From positions 458,401-522,400 of the forward strand of contig NW_003314269.1 of assembly GCF_000143415.4 (NCBI RefSeq): DNA of 64,000 nt. The letters are read 5' to 3'. Within the stretch, counting starts at the first letter, position 1. Every line of letters begins with the position of its first letter. Below, piece after piece: positions 22,859 to 35,181 of the stretch. The notes under the pieces are model-generated. The model was not told the origin of the DNA and searched no databases. It saw only the letters and a program-made list of their open reading frames with translations. The translations under genes were made by a program, and so were the position numbers. The stretch is from Selaginella moellendorffii. Its lineage: Eukaryota > Plantae > Lycopodiophyta.

Positions 22859-22974
22859 GAGAAGCCCCAAGCCCTAAACCCTTGTGAGCTAATGACATGG
22901 CAAATCAGCCCTAAAATATGATGACGTGTCTGCCAAGCGGGCGGATAATGTTTTAGGGTTTTAGGCGCGAGGGA

Positions 22975-23142
22975 ATGGCTACAATATCCGGGAATGCGGC
23001 ATCCATGGCGCTCGCGCGCCGCCTTGTCTCTCCTCCCCAGGCGCTGCGTTCCTCCTCGTCGCTCTCCAAGTCAAATCTGGCTGCGAAATCATCGCCTTGC
23101 GTGATTCTCCGGGCAAATGCCGCTGCCGCCAATGCCGAAGGC
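22975..23142 (+). CDS. 5' end of a gene for a probably plastid-targeted protein; body lost in the assembly gap
   Basis: MATISGNAASMALARRLVSPPQALRSSSSLSKSNLAAKSSPCVILRANAAAA is Ser/Ala-rich with no acidic residues, like a transit peptide. Telo-boxes lie just upstream. Confidence 0.6.
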
Positions 23143-23242
23143 NNNNNNNNNNNNNNNNNNNNNNNNNNNNNNNNNNNNNNNNNNNNNNNNNNNNNNNNNN
23201 NNNNNNNNNNNNNNNNNNNNNNNNNNNNNNNNNNNNNNNNNN
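23143..23242. other. Assembly gap (100 N, probably a placeholder of unknown size)
   Basis: N run. Confidence 0.99.
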
Positions 23243-23815
23243 AGATTCCATGATTTGGAGAGCTAGGAATGGCAATGGCGCCGTGCTGCGAATGAGCACT
23301 CCCACAGTTTTATCGCTCCAAGGTATGCTGAGAAAATTCTCCATCTTACTTGTTCTTTCTTTCTCTCTCCTTTTCCTTCTTTCTTTTATTTTCTTGGCTT
23401 GTTTGCAGGCACTTTTATGTGCACGAGCACAACAGATGATGGTGGATAATTCTCTTTTGTGGTCCTCTCTAGCAGGTCACGTCGTGCATTCCTTCTTGAA
23501 GAGTGGAGTCACGTAATTTTCTGGTGAAAGAGAGAAAGAGAGAGGGAGAGATTCTCGCCAAAGAGGTTGGAAGTTCTTTTATTTTTTGGTTTATCATTGA
23601 GAAACGGAACACAAACTTTCCTTCTACGAACAGTCACTAGAAAGGCTATATATCTTTGATCTGCCTGATGTTTTCGCGCTTTTACAGGCACCTCCAGTAG
23701 CAGAGCTGAAAGCTATCGGTATAGATGTTGGACTTTGGGTTTCCTTGCAGTGATCTAAACTCCTGTTTTATTTTTTCTTGTGCTTTGACAGGAGAGTCGG
23801 ATGCGACCAAAGTTT

Positions 23816-25025
<1,210 letters not shown>

Positions 25026-25310
25026 CGCTCTTCCTCGCTCGGTGCTGTGACGACTCCCACTCCATCCATCACCACCATTTATACAGGTAACTTTGCTCCA
25101 ACTTGTTGAGTTGTGCTTGAGCTGTTTAGCAGAAATATCCTTTTCCAAATGATTTTGCGCGGCTTCTAGTGGAAGAGCAACTCCAGTAAAAAGTAAGCCC
25201 ACTTCCATTATTCTAGATTCTTGTCAGAATACATCGCTTGGCTCTAAAGCTACGAGAAAATCTTATGTACAGGTGACTGATCACTAGCAAAAAAAAAGAA
25301 GAAAAACGCT

Positions 25311-26755
25311 TCAATACGGCCGGTATGGATACTCTGCAAAGATTGAGTTAGCCCCTCTCACGCNNNNNNNNNNNNNNNNNNNNNNNNNNNNNNNNNNNNN
25401 NNNNNNNNNNNNNNNNNNNNNNNNNNNNNNNNNNNNNNNNNNNNNNNNNNNNNNNNNNNNNNNNNNNNNNNNNNNNNNNNNNNNNNNNNNNNNNNNNNNN
25501 NNNNNNNNNNNNNNNNNNNNNNNNNNNNNNNNNNNNNNNNNNNNNNNNNNNNNNNNNNNNNNNNNNNNNNNNNNNNNNNNNNNNNNNNNNNNNNNNNNNN
25601 NNNNNNNNNNNNNNNNNNNNNNNNNNNNNNNNNNNNNNNNNNNNNNNNNNNNNNNNNNNNNNNNNNNNNNNNNNNNNNNNNNNNNNNNNNNNNNNNNNNN
25701 NGTGGTGGAGCAGCGTACGGATAAGGCTGTGGAGCCGTGGAGTATAGCTGCGCTGCATATGGAGACGAGACCATCGGAGCTACTGGTTTTGGCTGGAAAG
25801 AAGATCCCAAGTAAGAAAAACAGTGTTGAAAGTATCAAGTCTAAAGCTTACCGTTTTCGTAAAGTGTAGAATGACCCGCAGTTCTCCGGCATATCTGCGA
25901 AAAGAAAGATCAAATGTAAGCTTTAGACTCTCCTGTTTCTTCTCGATTTTTGATACCTTCCACTCTTTGATGTCAGGTTCCACGTTGAATCATCATAGCC
26001 CGTGGTGAGAGCTTTGTCCAGCAGTATCCTAGAAAAAAATTTACGAGGGCCGCGTCAGGCATGACGTCCACGAGGAAACGCAAGCTACAAAAATCGCACA
26101 ACGCACCTTCCAGAGCCAATGAAGTCATCGAATGTAAGCGTGTTGCTGTTCCACACCTCCGCGTTTATCTCACGGAGCCCCTCGATGAGAGGCAGCACAA
26201 ACTTCTGGTTGAAGGACGGATTTCTTCCTCCATCTGCGGAAAAGAAAGTCTCTTAGCTCGTGATCAAGTAAAAAGCTAGCTACAGTGATCATGAGCTTAT
26301 GATCAAGAAAATGGAAGAAAACATTTTTCTAGCAAACAAGTGATCAAGCACAGCAAACCCAAAAAGAAAAAAAAAAGTGATCATGAGCGTATGATCGAAA
26401 TGACCGAAAAACTCAAGGAGCACAACAAACAAACAGGCAAACGAGAAATTTTCTTAGCTCGTGATCAAGCAAGCAGCTCCTTACCTGTGTCGGTCTTTGT
26501 CCTCAATTTGCTACTGGCATAAGTGATCACAACGTATGGATCCTGCCTCGACAGCCATTCCTTGTCTCTCAAATTCCTGCATCCTAGAACTGCCAAGACA
26601 CACAAAGAAGATTCTTAGCCGAATCACTCCAGGAAATTCGCTCCCACCAAAGAGAAATAGAAAATGGGAGCGACAGTGCCACCGACAGGGCGCCAAGATC
26701 TGGAATTCCACTCACCATTGATATCGAGGAGCTGCCCTTGCACGCCCGCCGCCAT
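25311..26755 (-). CDS. C2 (CaLB) domain protein with Pro/Tyr-rich C-terminus, interrupted by a gap
   Basis: Spliced MAAGVQGQLLDINVLGCRNLRDKEWLSRQDPYVV...DGGRNPSFNQKF...VWNSNTLTFDDFIGSG, followed by PQPYPYAAPP and ...YPYRPY*. Confidence 0.85.
25364..25701. other. Assembly gap
   Basis: N run. Confidence 0.99.
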
Positions 26756-26878
26756 TCCCTCTCGCGCTTCCTCGATCGATCGATCGATTGAATCACAGCC
26801 GCCCTAGTTTTTTCCCATTATATGTGAATGCCGCCGGACTGCGTCAATGCCGGCGAATATTCCACGCCATTCTATGTT

Positions 26879-28811
26879 TCACAGCTCCACGCGGAGGATA
26901 TTGTTTTGGTTCATGCTTTTCATCGATACTTCTCGCCTATGATCTATTTGCCATTCGCCATCTACGACGAACTTCATCTGGGCCAAAGAAGAAAGAAAAC
27001 GTTTTTTTTTAATCAGCCATGATCGATCGAAGAGAACTTTCGAAACTCGTTACCTCGTACACGCCAGGATAAAGCCATAGCTCGGTCTCCCACAACAACG
27101 GACCTCTAGAAAAAAAACCATGGAGTTTAGCAAAAGAGAAACAAGCCGACAGTGATGCATTCACCTTGATCCGTCTGGTTTGACGATCTCGGACGAAAGA
27201 TCGGGCTCCAGCACGAAAAAGTGCTGCCAGCCATTGAAGCTTCCGGCGAGCTCGACTTTGGAAGCTACACCCCACCACTCTATCTTCACCTGCGTTGACA
27301 ATCTTAAACGTGTCATGTCTGGAGAGAGTTTTCGNNNNNNNNNNNNNNNNNNNNNNNNNNNNNNNNNNNNNNNNNNNNNNNNNNNNNNNNNNNNNNNNNN
27401 NNNNNNNNNNNNNNNNNNNNNNNNNNNNNNNNNNNNNNNNNNNNNNNNNNNNNNNNNNNNNNNNNNNNNNNNNNNNNNNNNNNNNNNNNNNNNNNNNNNN
27501 NNNNNNNNNNNNNNNNNNNNNNNNNNNNNNNNNNNNNNNNNNNNNNNNNNNNNNNNNNNNNNNNNNNNNNNNNNNNNNNNNNNNNNNNNNNNNNNNNNNN
27601 NNNNNNNNNNNNNNNNNNNNNNNNNNNNNNNNNAGCTGCTTTCAGATCCTCTGAAAACACCGGAGCTTGGTCCTTCGACTGGGATTGAAGACCCTTGTCC
27701 TTCTGGATTCACGGAAGACAACGGTTTAAACTGAGTTTGTTTCTCCTGCACTTGAATATCATTTTCTTTTCCCTGTTCTCTACAAACAATGGCAGAGCAC
27801 CCCCATAAGACAGTCAATGCTGATGCAGAAGCTAAAGAAAGGTAGAAGTCCCACCTCTAAGAGATCTTGGACTTTATTGGTAGTAGCAAATAGTTTCTCG
27901 CTAGCTATTTGTTCGTCCTGAGAAACCGTCTCCCTGATGGAAACCAAGATGACAAAGATAAGAACAAAAAAAGCAAGCTCACCTGGAGCTGATGAAGGGT
28001 GTGAGCTTCGATCGTAGCAGCGCTGCTTTTCTCAGTGCAACCATTTCCAAGGCTTCGTCCTCGCTGTCAGATTCTTCAGTCGTGCTTAAAGCCTCGTTTT
28101 CTTCTCAAAATCGAACGAAAGAGTTTTTAGTGCTTCGAGGATTTAGAAGACGAATGTACCTTGATCCGAAGAGAACTCTCCCGTACGTAGGAACTTCTCA
28201 GCTTTTTCTTCCAAGACCTGGCTCGAATCTACTCCAAGAACATCTGGAGAAGGCGGCCTTATTACATCGAGATACTCAAGCTGGTGATGGCTGGCTCTCT
28301 CTTCATCTTCTGTCCTGGCAGAACCGTTAAGAACAACATCGTTCTCGACTTGCGGCTGTAGAGCATCACAACTTTCATCCACAATGTTTCCAACAACAGG
28401 CTGGCTCGAGACGGGAGTCGAAGCTAAGAGCTGTGCGATGGCTTTGTAGCCTCTGCGTCTCACAACGTTGGCAAGATCTTGGCTAGAGGAAGAACAAGGA
28501 AATCCATAAGAAAAATCTTTCGCTCAAAGCATACCGTCCATTGCTCGCTAGCTCCTTTGTACTTGGAACTTTATCAGAAGGAAGTCCATTAGCTACCATG
28601 AATTCCCGGAGCTCCCGCGCCAAATTCGCATCGTTCCACGGCTTACTCCTAAAAATCCTCTTCGATCAGAAGCACAGCTACAGTAACACACACCTGGAAT
28701 CCTGAATTGAGCTGGAGCAAAGAAATACCCTCAATTTCGTGAGCTCCCGGCCCGCATTCTTGCACCCCCTAAACTGGAGCTCCGCGGCGCCAGCGGATCC
28801 AGCAGCGCCAT
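26879..28811 (-). CDS. PTST3: PROTEIN TARGETING TO STARCH 3-like (coiled coil + CBM48), interrupted by a gap
   Basis: N-terminal LREFMVANGLPSDKVPSTKEL...DLANVVRRRGYK motif; C-terminal VELAGSFNGW...LWLYPGVYEIKFVVDGEW CBM48. Confidence 0.8.
27335..27633. other. Assembly gap
   Basis: N run. Confidence 0.99.
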
Positions 28812-28959
28812 GCCTCCAGAAGCTCGGAGAAGGCGCAGCGACAGCTGCGACCTCCATCTTCTTCCGAAGAACCCTAATTTCGTATTTTTCCGGGAATATG
28901 CCTCAAGGATCTTCTCCAAGAACCCTAAAAACAGAGAAGGGGAAAAGAGCGGCATTGCG

Positions 28960-29456
28960 ATGAATCGCGATCTCCACGCAGGGCAAATTCTCTGGCGCCA
29001 CATCGTATGGCGCACCAGGGAATCCAAGGTGTTCTTCGCCGGCTTCATGGGAGCGTGCCTCGTGGTGCCGTGGGTGGTGGCCGAGGGATTCATCTGGGCG
29101 TCGCGGCGCAATGAGGAGAAGCTCAACAAGGAGCTTGGCCAGAGGCCCATGGGCGTGTCATCGGTGAGTGCCGGCATTCTTTCTTGGACGATCGCTCGAC
29201 AATATTTCTTGTGATCTTGCGCTAGGACATGTCAAAGGTGAATAAAGATCGCCTCCAGGAGCTTCTGGACGATGTGAAGAACAAGCGCGATATCAACGAT
29301 CGCTACGCCGCGGCGCTGCGTGGCCAGATCATGACAGGGCCTCCGGAAGCTCGAGTTCTTCACAAGGGAGGCGGCACGACTTTGCCACCGATTCCAGCTC
29401 CAAGCCCAGTCCAGGCAGCGTCTAGCAAGCCACAGCCAGCAACACAGACGGCTTGA
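28960..29456 (+). CDS. Small single-TM conserved plant protein of unknown function, 2 exons (intron 29164-29225)
   Basis: Hydrophobic segment followed by VNKDRLQELL...NDRYAAALRG; in-frame GT-AG splice. Confidence 0.7.
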
Positions 29457-29684
29457 GTTGATTCATATCCTTCTTTTCATCGTTTCTTCTTCTTTGTTCT
29501 TCACTGAGAATGTTTGCTGGAGTTTTTCCAGGATTATCGATCGCTATGTTCTCGGCATTCCTTTGAATGGATCATACGTTTAAAGCTCACGGAACAGTTT
29601 CTTTACGCTTTCACTTTGCTGGAGATTTTTTCTTCGGTTTAAGTGAATCCAGTTGCTTAGGTTGTTTGGTTCTCTTTCTCTCTT

Positions 29685-31060
29685 ATGGCTATGGTGTGCT
29701 GCAGCTTGGGACTCGAGTGGAAGGCTAGACCCGGAGTTTTAATCTCTGCCTCTACGGCCCAAGGCGCGAAATCTTCATCCTCCAATATCAAGGTTGGTTC
29801 TTTCCATTTTCCTTTCTCGTTGGTTTCACGGTTCCTTGCTCAGGTGATTGTAAGTGGTGCTTGCAAAGACATTGGCAAGGCTGCCATTGCAGCAATCTCG
29901 AAAGCCCGAGGAATGGAAGTTGCCGGAGCTATTGACACAATACGTGTTGGCGAAGACGTCGGTGAGGTAAAGCTTTCCTTTTTTTCTCTTTTTCTCTCTA
30001 GAGTCTTATAGGGAGCTACATTATCAGGTTGCCGGATTGGAAGCACTAGAAGTACCAGTGTCCAACAATCTCGTCACGGTCTTGGGCTCTCTGTCTCAAG
30101 TTAGAGTATAGCATTTCCATTTCGTAAGTTTTATATGTGGTATTCTTTCCACAGTCGCGTCCAACCGGAGTAGTGGTCGACTTCTCGGAGGCATCCGAGG
30201 TCCTCGAGAATGTAAGACAAGCGACAGCGTTTGGGATGAGGAGCGTGGTTGCGGTGCCAGGTGTGGATTTGGACGTCGTCTCGCAGCTTATCACATTTTG
30301 CGAAAAGGCCAGCATGGTGAGATGTGGTGAGTTAAGCTGTGGAGTTTCTCCGTCCTTTGCTTCTCTATCTATGTCTCAGCGTGTGCCTGACTTGCAGGGC
30401 TGTGTCATCGCACCAACGCTTTCGATTGGAGCTATTCTTCTTCAGGAAGCGGCCATTGCTGCGTCTTTCCACTACAGTCACGTCGACATAGTTGAGTCCC
30501 TGCAGAGCGCCAAGGTTTGCCACCTCTTTCAAAGTTTACATGGTTGAGATCTTCCTTGCTTTGTATGTAGAACGTTTATCCTTCTTCGGAGGCTCTCAGA
30601 GTTGCAAAGAGCATGACCGGCATGGGGCGCGTTTACAACGACTCCGATTTCTCCAAAGAACATCCGGTAAAGTCCAGTGTTCTTCATTTTTTATTCATTT
30701 AGATTTCTTAGTCTTCACTGTCCTTGTTCGTGAAGGCAAGAGGCGAGCTCGTAGACGATGGAATTAGGATCCACAGTATGGTTTCACCTGGATTCATTTC
30801 AAGCCTCGCCGTAAGCCTTTCAGGCCCAGGAGAGGTAATTTGTTCTCATACTCATACCTTGCGAAAGTTTCTCACCACTTTCCACAGGTGTTTTCTCTGA
30901 GGCACGATATAACAGATGTTAAGGCTCTCATGCCTGGGCTCTTGGTTGCCATTCGACGAGTTATCAGGCTTCAGGTAACAGGACAAATTTGCCAAATCTC
31001 ATGGTTATCGTTTGATCTTTTTCGCAGTCTCTTGTCTATGGACTAGAAAAAATACTATGA
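29685..31060 (+). CDS. CRR1: Dihydrodipicolinate reductase-like chloroplast NDH assembly factor
   Basis: IKVIVSGACKDIGKAAIAAISKARGMEVAGAID, GVVVDFSE...NVRQATAFGMRSVV, ends LVYGLEKIL*. Confidence 0.85.
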
Positions 31061-31650
31061 CTGAATCGATGGGGTCCATCAAATCGTTCCGGCCTCCATT
31101 TCCTTTGGTGAGATTATCCTACTTAATGCATTCAAAAGCGAAGTTTTCTTGTCTTCGGGGTAGTTGTGCAAAATCCGAACTAAAAGAAATAGAAGCTTTA
31201 AGTGGAAACAAGTTCGAGATAAACTTCAGGTCGTCTTTGATTCTTCCGTAAAAGTTGGCGGAGCTTTCGCGACACTCGGGCCACCACGGAATCTCTTCGC
31301 CCCACTTGCAATCGTGCATTTGCTTTCAGCTCCCCTTTCTTCGATTCCCGTAGCTCAACAGGTTTTTCCATTTCAGATCTCGTCCTAGTTAGAGATGAAG
31401 GCTCTCGTTGGAGATGAAGTCCCGGAATATACTTTACGAACACGTCCGCTGGACGCATACCAAACTCCGGAAAGCCCAAAAGAGCCAAGCCATGAATTAC
31501 AAGCTGCTGGCTGGGAGTGGAGGAAGCACTTTGCTGGAGTCCAAGTTTGTTTCCACACGGAGGTTAGTTATAAGCCCCATGAGCTGGAGTGAACTCATGA
31601 GTGAACAGTGATGATCCCTCTGGAATCCATCCATGAGACAGCCCCCCGCG

Positions 31651-33777
31651 TTTTAACAGAATATAGGTGCGGTTTGTGAATTCCCCTTTATACTCCTCGC
31701 ATCAGCTTTTGTCCTTTTACCTTGGCATGGCATGCATGCCGCAAGCGCGTAGATCTTCTTCTTCTTCTTCCTATTGTATGGTAGTATAATGTTTGTACTG
31801 TCTTCGCGTATGTGTCAACTGCACGAAGATCGACAGCAATCTCACGCTCGTCAACTTTGATGGTTTCAAGGGTGGTGGGATTCACTCCAGCGAGGCTACG
31901 ATTGCATCAAATGTTTCTTGTTGGAGACTAGAACTTGCTGCTTTTGCTAGAAAGTTTTCAGTGTTCCAGATAGCGTGCATGCAACTCCTGCTGATGTTGA
32001 TGCCTGGGCAGAAAAGAGGAAAATCGCAGCCCGTGGCCTCGATCCTCTTTGCCTTTACTTTTTCTTTTCTCTCCATTTTTTGATAATCACACTTTTTGTG
32101 GTTGTTTTCAGGCATTCAAGGCTTTCCAAGAATAAATAACCTCTCCGCGAGTGAAAACGAAGCTCCGGCGGGGAATAGGCAGTAGGGATGAATCGATTTC
32201 AAGAGAAAGAAACAAAAAGTCACCGCGTAACTTTGGCAGCTTGATCGTAGCGGGCAGTACCCGCAGTAGGATGTACTGAGATTCGACCCAACACTCTTTA
32301 AACTCTGACCCGGTAAATTCACTCGGCTTTGGATTGATACGTAAGAACTTACTCGCATGGATAAAAAAATCAACGTAGCAAAACACGTAGTTGGTTCCTC
32401 CATTTTGTTTTCTATCCTGGAAGATTTACTGTGGATTGCGCGCGTAAGCGCGGCGTGAAAACGGGGCGGAGACAAAGCGAGAAAGAGTAAAAACAAGGAA
32501 TAGAGTCGAGCTTTGCGCTGTGAGCTACAGCGTTGAGTCAGTCTGGCTGGCATCTCTGGCGCTATAAATCTCCACTCCACTCGCTCTCATCCCTCATCTC
32601 TTTGCTCCTCCTCCAGCTCTTCTTCTCGAGAGCTCTTCACTCAGCTCTAGATTGAGGAGCATCCCTCAATCGCTCGTCGCGTCGCTCGCTGGCTGCTCCA
32701 ATCCGATCCGATCGCACCACCAGCAGCACCGGCGATTCTAGATCTCCATTCTCTGCGGGCTTTCAATCAGTGAGATCGATCATTCCAGCATAGGAAAGAC
32801 GGAAAAAAGATAAGGAGAACAGGGGATTTTGCGAGCTCGATCTTCCGGCAAAATGGGGACCAGATTGGTGGCTTCCCGCAGCTCGATCGCCCTGGGATGG
32901 GCTCTAGCACTGGTGACAATCGCGGCATTGGGAGAGATTAATGTGGTGAGCGCGAATTACGATTACTCCTCGCCGCCGCCGCCTTATGTGTACAAGTCCC
33001 CACCTCCGCCATCCCCATCGCCGCCTCCTCCGTACGTCTACAAATCGCCGCCTCCGCCGTCCCCCTCGCCACCACCACCATACGTCTACAAATCACCGCC
33101 GCCACCATCTCCATCTCCACCTCCTCCTTACATTTATAAATCTCCTCCTCCGCCATCTCCATCTCCGCCACCTCCCTATGTCTATAAGTCGCCGCCGCCG
33201 CCATCTCCGTCTCCTCCACCCCCGTACGTATACAAATCTCCACCACCTCCCTATATCTACAAGTCGCCCCCACCGCCGTACGTCTACAAATCGCCGCCGC
33301 CGCCATCTCCATCTCCTCCACCCCCGTACGTATACAAATCTCCACCACCTCCATCTCCCTCTCCACCACCCCCGTATGTGTACCAATCCCCGCCACCGCC
33401 ATCTCCCTCGCCACCTCCTCCATATGTTTACAGCTCGCCACCTCCGCCATCTCCATCCCCACCTCCGCCTTATGTGTATAAGTCTCCACCGCCTCCATCT
33501 CCATCGCCGCCACCTCCTTATGTGTACAAGTCTCCACCGCCTCCATCTCCATCGCCGCCACCTCCTTATGTATATAAATCCCCACCACCACCTTCACCAT
33601 CGCCTCCACCCCCTCCTTCTCCATTGCCACCTCCTCCTTATTACTACCAGTCACCACCACCACCCTCACCATCGCCACCTCCGTACGTCTATAGCTCACC
33701 ACCTCCGCCCGTGTATTACTATAGCTCTCCTCCTCCTCCATCTTACTATTGATTTGAGATGATGAGCTTCTAGTGTT
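31651..33777 (+). repeat. Tandem segmental duplication, copy 1 (extensin plus ~1.2 kb upstream)
   Basis: Colinear with 35182-37415 from TTTTAAC(A/G)GAATATAGGTG to GATGAGCTTCTAGTGTT. Confidence 0.92.
32853..33752 (+). CDS. Classical extensin (SPPPPSPSPPPPYVYK repeats), copy 1
   Basis: Signal peptide from ATG 32853, then Ser-Pro4 and Tyr-X-Tyr repeats; TATAAA at 32563. Confidence 0.95.
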   Translation: MGTRLVASRSSIALGWALALVTIAALGEINVVSANYDYSSPPPPYVYKSPPPPSPSPPPPYVYKSPPPPSPSPPPPYVYKSPPPPSPSPPPPYIYKSPPPPSPSPPPPYVYKSPPPPSPSPPPPYVYKSPPPPYIYKSPPPPYVYKSPPPPSPSPPPPYVYKSPPPPSPSPPPPYVYQSPPPPSPSPPPPYVYSSPPPPSPSPPPPYVYKSPPPPSPSPPPPYVYKSPPPPSPSPPPPYVYKSPPPPSPSPPPPPSPLPPPPYYYQSPPPPSPSPPPYVYSSPPPPVYYYSSPPPPSYY

Positions 33778-33872
33778 TGGGATTGGAGTCAATGAGAATA
33801 AAAATAAATATAATAACATCTTAGGGCACTTTATTAGGTCCTGGGTCAATTCCCTATACTTTCTAGGGCTGG

Positions 33873-34481
33873 ATGGGGTTCGTGCATCTCAAGGATCTGG
33901 TAACTCCGCAGGATGTGCTCAACGACCGGAGCTGGAAGATCAAGGAGCTGGGTCTTCCTAACTACTGGGATGATCCCGTGGGCTTCCTGACTGGCTACTT
34001 ATCAATACTGATTCGCAACAGGTAAGGAAAACTCGAATAAATCTTCCTGCGTGTGACATGATCGCTGCGCAGTGGAGAATTCAAGGGCACGCGAGATGGC
34101 GCTGTCGTCCTCCTCTGTGGCCGCACCCCTTACGACATGTACCATTGCCTGGACAAGGAGATGAACAAGAACGATGGGCCTTACCTCCTCTTCGGCATGC
34201 TCCTGTCCAGGGGGTTTCGCGTCACCTTTTACAGGTGGGAGCGGGCTGGCGATGGCGAGGGGGTGCGCAAGGACGTGTGTGATAAGGCATACAATTTCAA
34301 CATTTCGGCCGAGGTTCGCCACGTGATCGGGCCGACCATCCGCGGGATGCTGAATACCGTCTACACCGGCCCTTACGTCGATCTCCAGGTGCTCAAGTCT
34401 GGAGTTGACACCGAGCTTATCCAGCCGGAAGACTACGATCTGTTTGCGGACTATCCAAGTCGCCGTGTTATTCTGGTGTGA
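33873..34481 (+). CDS. Two-exon orphan gene or 3' gene fragment (~185 aa) between the extensin copies; intron 34022-34072
   Basis: MGFVHLKDLVTPQDVLNDRSWKIKELGLPNYWDDPVGFLTGYLSILIRN|SGEFKGTRDGAVVLLCGRTPYDMYHC... joins in frame across a 51-nt GT-AG intron; GC3-rich codons. Confidence 0.6.
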
Positions 34482-35181
34482 AGTGTGTGCTTGTGCAAGG
34501 CTTTCAATTTGTCCTTTTTAATTCAAGATTTCATTCATTCATGGTTTCATAAATAGTTTCCCGAGTGAACAAGCATGTCAGTTGTAAAATTGTGTAGTGT
34601 ATACACAAGAGTATGCGATATGGCTTGGTATAAGGGTTTTCCATGTTTTTGTTCTTAGAATCTTTATCAACGGTGTGATAACCTTAGGAAAATCCTGGTT
34701 TGCTAGCATGCATACTAGATTACAATGCTTTCAAGCTCTCTCCACTTTCTTGTATTAATTTATGCATGCCAGCTAGAGTACCTTTATGACCTCTAGATCT
34801 CCTTGTTTCTTATGATATTTAAAGCTTTTGATCTGTGTCCGGTGTGTGGTGCCTCTCTTCAACGTCAGGTCATTGTGCTCTCAATTCCATTGTGATTCGC
34901 TAAGCGGAAAAGGGGACTCTCTGATAAATAAATATCCTAAACATATAAATAAATCAGAAGGCGAAAGTAGATAAAAAAAGTGATGTTAATAGTCAGTGAT
35001 TTGTTGGTTGGACTGACCAATAACAAATAATGATCTTGTCAATTTATTTCTTTGTGAATTACAACTTCCAATCCCATTTGCATATTACTTTGGATGGTGA
35101 TGTTTATCAAAGTCCAAAAGTTGAGCAAAAGAAAGAAAGTATATATAGACACACACAATACATATATTATATAGAGGATCC

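Noticed and set aside
31119-32400. Short minus-strand ORFs between CRR1 and extensin copy 1
   Set aside because: Frames are broken and not preserved in the duplicated copy; no family motif.
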